From a virus (Duplodnaviria > Heunggongvirae > Uroviricota > Caudoviricetes), in IMG/VR virus record IMGVR_UViG_2811995276_000001: 57,902 bases of DNA. One strand, 5' to 3'. The translations under genes and the position numbers were made by a program. The notes beneath the pieces are model-generated. The model had not been told where the DNA came from. It searched no databases and saw nothing but the letters and a program-made list of their open reading frames with translations. Every line of letters begins with the position of its first letter. Position 1 is the first letter of the stretch. Shown here in pieces: positions 51,276-57,902 of this stretch.

Positions 51276-51818
51276 TTAAAAACAAAAAGTGGCAGCACCA
51301 GTTAATCCACCGCCAACTGCGCCGATTGCTGCCCCTATGGCAGTACCAGCACCTACTCCAATAGGTGTTGCAGTCATTCCACCATATGTTGCTCCAGATA
51401 AGGCACCTCCGCCTCCACCTGTAACAGCCCCTCCACCTGTACCAAGGGCACATTTTTTCCAATTAGTGCTATATGTTGTGATTTTTTTATCATATGGAAT
51501 AATTACATCGCCGACAATATAACCATTATGTATTTTGTAAGCAACATTTGCTTTAACGCCATCTTTAGTTTTAACAGAAGTAGGTAATTGTACAGACTTA
51601 TTAGTAGCTTTGTCTGTGATAGTAGCCTTGCCATCAACCACTTTACCAGTTGCATACTTATTAATTGCTACTTTAAATTGGGCATCATTAATTTTAGCAA
51701 CCTTAACTTTACCTGTTTGATCTGTTTGAGTAGCTGCATGTGTAATTGGTGTTGCATGTGACACAACTCCTGTAGTCAAAATTAGAGCTGTTGCACATTT
51801 AAGAATTCCTTTTTTCAT
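51276..51818 (-). CDS. Sec-secreted pro-bacteriocin-like protein with a C-terminal Cys-bracketed Gly-rich peptide
   Basis: Signal peptide ends in THA|A. C-terminus NWKKCALGTGGG...GAAIGAVGGGLTGAATFCF is class II/Blp-like. AAGGAGG RBS. Confidence 0.7.
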   Translation of the reverse strand: MKKGILKCATALILTTGVVSHATPITHAATQTDQTGKVKVAKINDAQFKVAINKYATGKVVDGKATITDKATNKSVQLPTSVKTKDGVKANVAYKIHNGYIVGDVIIPYDKKITTYSTNWKKCALGTGGGAVTGGGGGALSGATYGGMTATPIGVGAGTAIGAAIGAVGGGLTGAATFCF

Positions 51819-52254
51819 AAGAAATTAATTCCTCCTTTAATTTTGATTACTATGGCACAATAACATATTTCGTCTAATTGATGTGTCACATTTCATAAGT
51901 GTCTGTTTTTTCTTCCTAAGTGTCTTTTATGAAAAACGTCTAGAACAGAAAGTGATTCTCAACTGTCTCAAAAACATGATAAAAGATATTTGTCAAGTTT
52001 TAGATTTCTTATGACTAAAGAATAGATTTATAAGTAAATAGTTGATAATTAGCGATTGAAAATGCTTATTAAAATTTTAATAATGAGTACTTAAAGTGTT
52101 GTCATATATAGGTTTATAAGGTGTTTAAATCTTGATGACTGTGATGAATTTTTATGTGAGTTAGCAATAGATCCAGAGTCTAATAAACAGTTCTTTTTAG
52201 GTTGAAATTCAAGGGTAAAAGTTAATAATTCTATTTGATAATAATATTACACTA

Positions 52255-53650
52255 ATTTTGTGAGTATGAAAAAGGGATATGAGGATAGGTAAGTTGGGTG
52301 ATAAGGAAAAATAGGTAAATTGATAACGGATAATTATAGCGATTTTATCGCTAGGTGTAAAAACGTCTTTTTATTAAAACTTTAATTTTGTTTACTGTGT
52401 GATCTGAGTGAAAATGGCATGAATATTGGTAAATGGGAGTATAAAGATAAGGGGATTTGTGCAGGGGGAAGGATGAGGAGTTTAAGGAATATGTAGGTGA
52501 AAATGTGGTGGATTTATGGAGTATTAGGAGGATTGAAGGGGTGTTGAAGGTAGGTATGCAAGGGGCAATTGATGGTGAAATGTGAGTGATTTGGAAGGTG
52601 AAATATGAGTGTGATGAGATGGAGGGTAAATTTGTGGATATTGGTGATGAAGGGTAAAAATGGAAAATATGTGAGGTGTGATTTTTGGACAGTTGGGGGC
52701 AAAAATTGACTTCAGCACGTTCCGAAATCCTAAACTCACCCCCCTAACAAAAATACTTGTAAAAAAGGCGTTTAGATAATCATTGTTATATGAACGCCCG
52801 AATATATAGCCCGTTGATTATGTGACCACTGCATGACTGTTGAAACTTTGTTAAATGTTTAATTATGTTTAAAATATTATGTAATATGACTAGTTAATAG
52901 GTGTCATAATTTATTTAAAATCTACTGAAATTTAAGCAAGAATTGAGGTAACGCGGTAATTTTCCACGACTGTTCAAAACCAACACATTTAAACATATTC
53001 ACACAAATATAAACATATAAACTGTTCCCACATTATCCCCAACTTATCCACATTCTTCACACTCTACCAATCCACCCAATCACACACCACACATCACATA
53101 TATATCAATCTCACACATTCTCACATGCTAAATCTATCACACCAACTAACATAACCCACCCAAACCAACGCATCAAATCCCATACATCAATAATCACATT
53201 TACACCCAACCAACCCAACACATTCAACAAATCAAATCGACAAAATAAACAATCACATAAACTAAATCCAAAACAAAGAAATTCGAAACCTTACACCCTT
53301 AACCCTTATCATGCCCAAACCCTCACACATTCCCATTTGTTCCAACCTCATAACCTTACACGCTCACATGCTCACATGTCTTCAATCCTAACCACTCACG
53401 CACATAATCATCACACTACATCTATATACATATACACATATATCATCACATCTTATTGCTTAACACTTCAGCATATACATATATCAATACACACATATAC
53501 AATTACTTATAATCACATCACTACACATGCAATCATACACATGTACACTATGCACATACTCATATACATACATGCAACATTACACACACTCACAATAATA
53601 TACATATCTATATTAGGCTTATTTACGCTTATAACTGCCTTAATAGACAT
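52255..53650. other. Non-coding region with mirror-image strand skew (G/T-rich, then C/A-rich)
   Basis: G-rich on + at about 52255-52700, G5/C6 tracts at 52695-52744, AT-rich core, then CA-rich at about 52980-53650. Confidence 0.8.
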
Positions 53651-54091
53651 TTATATCTATTAATTAATAAACTATACTCATTTATACACGATCGAGTGAA
53701 CAACGTTTATAACTTGATTAAGGCGTATTATAGATATGCGCACATAAATTAATATTATGATAATAAACGCCATACATGAAACACGTATGACATCAATATC
53801 AGTCACACAAGCACACGTTAATACTAATCAATCTCATCAATATCAATTACATAAATATACACATAGACAATCATAATAGGGGATTAACCAAGCAAGGTAA
53901 GTAATAGCAAGCACATTACAACCTAATTACACCACTAACACATGATAATGATTTATCATCTATGCATTAACATATACAAATGAATTAAGGTTAATTATAA
54001 TGCTGATTATTTCTATAATTACACTTGTTACAAATTATGTATAAAGTGTAAAACTTCCAAGCAAAATAAAATATAATATAAGTTAAAAGCA

Positions 54092-54120
54092 TTGTATTTC
54101 ACGATGTATCGTGTTATAAT
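54092..54120 (+). promoter_or_regulatory. Extended -10 sigma-A promoter with a palindromic operator in the spacer
   Basis: TTGTAT-17-TATAAT with TG; spacer contains cacgat-gt-atcgtg. Confidence 0.75.
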
Positions 54121-54154
54121 TAGTTATACTCATTGAAAGGAGGACAGTCACCGA

Positions 54155-54295
54155 ATGAACCGAATTGAAAGGGAACTTAAAACCCTTGAGGTTAAAGAGA
54201 AAAAGGCAAGGTACTATAAAGAGATAACGGAAATTGTGAGAAATGTTATCTACATGATTATAGCCCTTGCCACACTCTTAAAACTATTAGGTTAA
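54155..54295 (+). CDS. 46-aa peptide with C-terminal TM helix (type I toxin-like; not in the ORF track)
   Basis: AAAGGAGG RBS; MNRIERELKTLEVKEKKARYYKEITEIVRNVIYMIIALATLLKLLG. Confidence 0.75.
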   Translation: MNRIERELKTLEVKEKKARYYKEITEIVRNVIYMIIALATLLKLLG

Positions 54296-54296
54296 T

Positions 54297-54320
54297 AAGT
54301 AGGGAATTAATTCCCTACTT
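54297..54320. repeat. Perfect 24-bp palindrome
   Basis: aagtagggaattaattccctactt. Confidence 0.9.
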
Positions 54321-54328
54321 CACTATAT

Positions 54329-54357
54329 ATTATATTCGAGGTGATGCAAAATGACAA
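54329..54357 (-). promoter_or_regulatory. Antisense sigma-A promoter pointing into the 46-aa gene
   Basis: TTGTCA(54357-54352)-17-TATAAT(54334-54329) on -. Confidence 0.6.
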
Positions 54358-54452
54358 AACAAATGTTCATTGATATTATTCACATCATAGTAAATGTTGT
54401 TTCAATCATTATCGGTTTAGCTCTATTAATTTGCTTATGGCTTTACTTGTAA
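54351..54452 (+). CDS. 33-aa hydrophobic peptide (not in the ORF track)
   Basis: GAGGTGA RBS; MTKQMFIDIIHIIVNVVSIIIGLALLICLWLYL. Confidence 0.7.
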   Translation: MTKQMFIDIIHIIVNVVSIIIGLALLICLWLYL

Positions 54453-54483
54453 AATTTCGATTCGGTTCATTCAAATAGACATT

Positions 54484-54684
54484 ATGAAAAATGAAATCAT
54501 TCTAACAATAAAAAATTTATTTGAGGAGCTTAAAAGCTCTCAGATATCACGTGAAACGGGTTTACCTTATCAGACTGTTCAGGATTTAAAAAACGGTAGA
54601 ACCCACATTGAAGATGCGAAATTTAGAACGGTTATTAAACTCTATGAGTATCAAAAATCATTGAAAAATAGTGGGGAAAATTAA
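54484..54684 (+). CDS. XRE/Cro-like HTH regulator
   Basis: SSQISRETGLPYQTVQDLKNGRTHIEDAKFRTVIKLYEY. Confidence 0.8.
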   Translation: MKNEIILTIKNLFEELKSSQISRETGLPYQTVQDLKNGRTHIEDAKFRTVIKLYEYQKSLKNSGEN

Positions 54685-54738
54685 AATTTCAACTTTACTA
54701 TAAAGGTGAACGGTTACACTTAAATGATAACTGTAGCC

Positions 54739-54767
54739 TTTACTAATCAAGTAAGATAAAATATAAT
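54739..54767 (+). promoter_or_regulatory. Sigma-A promoter overlapped by the 15-bp motif
   Basis: TTTACT-17-TATAAT; motif variant at 54753-54767 covers the -10. Confidence 0.65.
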
Positions 54768-54802
54768 ATAAGTAAGGATAAGGTAATAAATGAGGTGAGA
54801 AA

Positions 54803-54961
54803 ATGAAAGACATCAAATATTTATCGACTGAAACATTAAAACGTAAAGCCTCAGCACTATCTAAAAAGATTGACATAGCTGAATGTGATGGCTATTACAA
54901 TTTGCTAGATGAATCAAAGCAAGAACTTAATAAGGTATTAACTGAACTTGAAACAAGATAG
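54803..54961 (+). CDS. 52-aa hypothetical protein (not in the ORF track)
   Basis: GAGGTG RBS; MKDIKYLSTETLKRKASALSKK...ELETR. Confidence 0.7.
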   Translation: MKDIKYLSTETLKRKASALSKKIDIAECDGYYNLLDESKQELNKVLTELETR

Positions 54962-54993
54962 ACCATAAACTAAAACAATAGGAGGTGACAACC

Positions 54994-55092
54994 ATGTTTA
55001 TATTAGAATGGTATCAAATAATAGCTTTGGCTTGTGGGTGTGGATTTTTAGGAGCATTAACAAGTAAAGAACTTAGAAACAAATTATTTTAA
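54994..55092 (+). CDS. 32-aa hydrophobic peptide (not in the ORF track)
   Basis: AGGAGGTG RBS; MFILEWYQIIALACGCGFLGALTSKELRNKLF. Confidence 0.7.
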   Translation: MFILEWYQIIALACGCGFLGALTSKELRNKLF

Positions 55093-55141
55093 AACTTCAA
55101 AGAAAGATAAAATATAACAAGAATAAGAAGAGGCGCAAGAA

Positions 55142-55477
55142 ATGGATTACGATTTAAAAACTTTTAGCAACTCACAAGAATTAAAGAAAGGCGACTTACA
55201 AAGCTACAAAGATTTGATAAATGATGTAGGCGCTGGAAATTGGCAAAACGACGAAATACATTTGTTTGAATCAATAGAGGATTTCACAAAATATGAAATT
55301 TGTCACGGCTGGTATAACTTATATGATAAAGTGAACGACGACTATAACGGCGCACCTAATTTATTTAATTATATAGATTTAGAAGATTTAGGAAATGACC
55401 TAATTGAAATGTGGGATGCATCGTGTCATTTCTTAACATCAGAAAACAAAGTATTAACAACTTCTCACGGATGGTAA
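55142..55477 (+). CDS. Acidic protein resembling the C-terminal domain of ArdA
   Basis: LFNYIDLEDLGNDL matches the ArdA-type YIDxExxGxDL motif; strongly acidic. Confidence 0.5.
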   Translation: MDYDLKTFSNSQELKKGDLQSYKDLINDVGAGNWQNDEIHLFESIEDFTKYEICHGWYNLYDKVNDDYNGAPNLFNYIDLEDLGNDLIEMWDASCHFLTSENKVLTTSHGW

Positions 55478-55531
55478 AAAAGAAAGGGTTTAATGGAAAT
55501 CTAAGTATAAATAATTTATGAAAGTGGGACA

Positions 55532-55891
55532 ATGGCAATGAATAAAATCAACATTTTAAATAAAGTAAATCAATTTAAGAATGAGATAGAATATATCGAA
55601 GTACACTCATATTTAGATGACCCAATCGAAGATTTAAAAATTTCAATTGAAAACGGTCAAACTAATTTAATTGCTACAATCGATGAAAAACATCTTACTA
55701 ATGATAATGTATTAAAAGAAATCTTAACTTATATGAATGGAATTGGATTTGAAGAGTTTGCATATCAAGATATTGAAAATTTTGATTTATTGAACCATGA
55801 AGAGCAGCAAAGAGAAATGCTAGATGTATTTTTAACTTATGCCGAACTTTACACGATAGGTAATAAATTATATTGTGATTTCGAATTTTAA
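55532..55891 (+). CDS. Acidic hypothetical early protein
   Basis: 119-aa ORF in the co-oriented early cluster. Confidence 0.7.
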   Translation: MAMNKINILNKVNQFKNEIEYIEVHSYLDDPIEDLKISIENGQTNLIATIDEKHLTNDNVLKEILTYMNGIGFEEFAYQDIENFDLLNHEEQQREMLDVFLTYAELYTIGNKLYCDFEF

Positions 55892-55906
55892 AGGAGATAA
55901 AAGGAT

Positions 55907-56170
55907 ATGTTTAAAATTAACGATAAAGTAAGAATTATTGATGCGGGCAATTATAATAATTATGTACACTATTATAATGTGCCAGTTTTAGAAGACAATT
56001 ATTTAAATAACACTATTTTCACTATTAGTAATTTTGAAATGCTTGAAGAAGAAAACAAAGATAATAAAGCACACTATCAATATGAACTTATAGACCCAAA
56101 CGGCTATACTTTAGAATTGTTAATTGATGGTTATGCTATTGAATTATTTGAGAATACAGAGTTTAAATGA
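55907..56170 (+). CDS. Hypothetical early protein
   Basis: AAGGAG RBS; MFKINDKVRII start. Confidence 0.7.
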   Translation: MFKINDKVRIIDAGNYNNYVHYYNVPVLEDNYLNNTIFTISNFEMLEEENKDNKAHYQYELIDPNGYTLELLIDGYAIELFENTEFK

Positions 56171-56171
56171 T

Positions 56172-56403
56172 ATGAAAAAAATCAGTTTGTGAATTAGTAT
56201 TAAAGAACAATAAGACTTTTATTAAAGATTATAGATTAAGAAGTGATATTGAGATTGTAAAAGGGAACCTAAAACAATTAAAACGGGTTATTTTAAAAAG
56301 TAAGTATATAGGTGTTGTAATTGGACAAGTGTCACGGGATCACTTCAACAATTATGTTATTGTCCAATATAGAAGTGGGTTCGCCCTGGGTGAATTAAAC
56401 TAA
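56172..56403 (+). pseudogene. Small gene apparently frameshifted in an A7 tract
   Basis: ATG AAA AAA ATC AGT TTG TGA. Removing one A joins the ATG to a 73-codon open frame ending at TAA 56401-56403. Confidence 0.5.
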
Positions 56404-56429
56404 ATAAAACCTTAATATTAATAATAGAG

Positions 56430-56714
56430 GTGATACACATTAAAAAGCATGTTTTATATTTGAATTGTTATGAATTAAGTGTTTCAAATTATGGTTTACT
56501 TGATAGAAGATTAATTTTTCAGAAGCAAATTAAAAATGAACATCAGGCCTACAATATTATTGATAACTATTTAAGAGCCTTTGAAAGATTTGAAGAGGTG
56601 TCAGAACAACAAAAGTTAAATGAAATTAAATTTCAATATTTAGTGAAAAATAACAAAACTGGGCTATGGAATTGTATTGGCTTTAATTTCGCTAGTTATG
56701 AAGTTGAAATTTAA
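56430..56714 (+). CDS. Hypothetical early protein
   Basis: 94-aa ORF; start codon uncertain. Confidence 0.55.
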   Translation: MIHIKKHVLYLNCYELSVSNYGLLDRRLIFQKQIKNEHQAYNIIDNYLRAFERFEEVSEQQKLNEIKFQYLVKNNKTGLWNCIGFNFASYEVEI

Positions 56715-56824
56715 AAGTGTAGCATGACAATATTAGTATATTATTAAGATAAAATATAACAATTGTTGGAAGTAATCAAGGTAATTGTTATACTTTAATT
56801 AAGATTAAAAGGTAAATAAAATTT

Positions 56825-56883
56825 GCTTTGCGTATTCGCTGAATAATTGTTCAAATTACGATTCTTGAGCTAATGCGCAAAGC
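56825..56883 (+). promoter_or_regulatory. Long leader hairpin before ardA
   Basis: 12-bp stem gctttgcgtatt/aatgcgcaaagc (one G-U), downstream of TTGGAA-17-TATACT (56766-56794). Confidence 0.55.
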
Positions 56884-56906
56884 GATATAAAGAAAGGTTG
56901 TTAAAA

Positions 56907-57506
56907 ATGGAAAATAAGAAAAAATCACGTATATATGTAACTAATTTAGGGAAGTACAATGAAGGCGAACTAATTGGCCAATGGTTAGATTTACCAGCAT
57001 CAAAAAAAGACTTTGAAAAAGTTTTAAATAATATCGGAATCGGTAAAATTTATGAAGAATACTTTATATCGGATTGGGAATATATGCCGCAATTTATGTC
57101 CGAACATACTACAGATTTAAACAAGCTGAATAATATGGCAAAGGTTATGACAAGTATTTTTGAAAAAATTGGTCATAATTGGCTAGATAGTGCATATTTA
57201 GAAAGCGAGTATGATTTTATAGTGAAATCATTAAGTGATTATGAGCTTTATAATAATTGCGATAACGAATTTGATAAGATGATTGAAAAAATTTATGATT
57301 GTGAGATATTCCAAGATTTGAAAGAGTACGGCGAATACTTATTACAAGAGTGCAATTTTCTCGATTTTTATAACCTAGATGATGAAGTCAAACAATATAT
57401 TGATGTTAACCAACTAGCTTATGACAATTATCTTGTTGATAGTGTACTTGCTGTGAACGATTCCGATTATCCTAAAAATAATAAAATGTTTATTATAGAA
57501 AGATAA
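56907..57506 (+). CDS. ardA: Antirestriction protein ArdA
   Basis: RIYVTNLGKYNEGELIGQWLDLP...EEYFISDWE and YIDVNQLAYD; highly acidic. Confidence 0.9.
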   Translation: MENKKKSRIYVTNLGKYNEGELIGQWLDLPASKKDFEKVLNNIGIGKIYEEYFISDWEYMPQFMSEHTTDLNKLNNMAKVMTSIFEKIGHNWLDSAYLESEYDFIVKSLSDYELYNNCDNEFDKMIEKIYDCEIFQDLKEYGEYLLQECNFLDFYNLDDEVKQYIDVNQLAYDNYLVDSVLAVNDSDYPKNNKMFIIER

Positions 57507-57521
57507 AATATAACAAACATA

Positions 57522-57546
57522 GCGGTAGAGGGGTGGCCGCTTTTTT
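57522..57546 (+). terminator. Intrinsic terminator after ardA
   Basis: gcgg...ccgc followed by T-run. Confidence 0.6.
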
Positions 57547-57559
57547 AGAGGTGTAGAAA

Positions 57560-57902
57560 ATGGAATATTTTACAATAAAAAGAGCGCAAAAAAATATTGA
57601 TAATACTAAAAATTTTATAGAGCGTATATATATTAATTGGGAAGTTATCAGTGATTTTAAAAATGATAGTTATCATAGAGTTATATACGCCGACGCTTAC
57701 AAGCAAAACTACAATTACAAGATAAACATAAAAGCGAAGACTTTTAAAAGTTATAACGATTATAAGTATATTTACCAGTCATTCGACAATGCTGAATCGT
57801 TACAGTTTGATATTATTAAGGCGCCTAATTATAAAAAGGCAATCAATAAACTAATTGATAACTATGATAGATACGGGTTAACACTTGAAAACTTGAATGA
57901 TA
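57560..57902 (+). CDS. Hypothetical protein, truncated by the window edge
   Basis: GAGGTG RBS; ATG at 57560; open to the end of the window. Confidence 0.65.
   Translation, partial: MEYFTIKRAQKNIDNTKNFIERIYINWEVISDFKNDSYHRVIYADAYKQNYNYKINIKAKTFKSYNDYKYIYQSFDNAESLQFDIIKAPNYKKAINKLIDNYDRYGLTLENLND

Larger units (their letters stand above)
44009..57514. repeat. Dispersed 15-bp motif AAGATAAAATATAAC (about 10 copies)
   Basis: Exact copies at 44009-44023(-), 48001-48015, 49400-49414, 55104-55118, 56746-56760 and 57500-57514. Variants at 45636-45650(-), 45674-45688(-), 54063-54077 and 54753-54767. Confidence 0.9.
1..57902. mobile_element. Part of an SPbeta-like temperate siphophage (prophage or phage genome), probably with a Staphylococcaceae host
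   Basis: Gene order HU-YonK-phosphoesterase-terS-terL-portal-protease-MCP-head/tail-recombinase-TMP(M23)-Dit-Tal-lysis mirrors the B. subtilis SPbeta yon/yom cluster. No host housekeeping genes are present and neither end is visible. Confidence 0.9.

Noticed and set aside
1419-51522. Many short antisense or alternate-frame ORFs in the track (e.g. 6475-6915, 12438-12737, 24559-25050, 38944-39264, 51289-51522)
   Set aside because: Shadow ORFs opposite or inside long well-supported genes, without RBS or motifs.
53337-53663. 108-aa His/Thr/Ile-rich ORF on + (also 52514-52702 and 52524-52739)
   Set aside because: Products of the CA-rich or G-rich composition (CAC/ACA/CAT codons), with no RBS; not credible proteins.
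44009-57514. 15-bp motif as CRISPR or mini-array repeats
   Set aside because: Copies are hundreds to thousands of bases apart, lie in both orientations and flank whole genes; there is no regular spacer length and no cas gene.

Overview
The whole window is part of a large SPbeta-like temperate siphophage genome from an AT-rich Firmicute. The host is most likely Staphylococcaceae, judged from the staphylococcal-type CHAP-amidase-SH3b endolysin, SPP1-type holin and DsbA. From 45600 down to 45 (minus strand) it carries, in order: a putative late regulator, HU, YonK, a phosphoesterase, a ~790-nt non-coding insert, terminase, portal, protease/scaffold, capsid, head-tail and tail genes (with a tyrosine recombinase among them), tape measure, baseplate and fibres, lysis genes, and a terminal secreted toxin/immunity moron. 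From 45715 onward come a RecD2 helicase, a Rep-like gene with an origin-like spacer, a DsbA plus pro-bacteriocin/immunity module, a 2-kb non-coding region with a mirror-image G/C skew, a type I TA-like small-peptide locus, and an early cluster of small genes including two ArdA-like proteins. The most striking unexplained signal is the densely base-paired, pseudoknot-rich, strand-specific non-coding RNA candidate just upstream of terminase. Other clear signals are about 10 copies of a 15-bp motif (AAGATAAAATATAAC) that overlaps promoters, and a -1 frameshift site that would fuse the major tail protein to an Ig domain. No tRNA, rRNA, CRISPR array or att site was recognised. All homology calls come from motif recognition by eye, not database searches.
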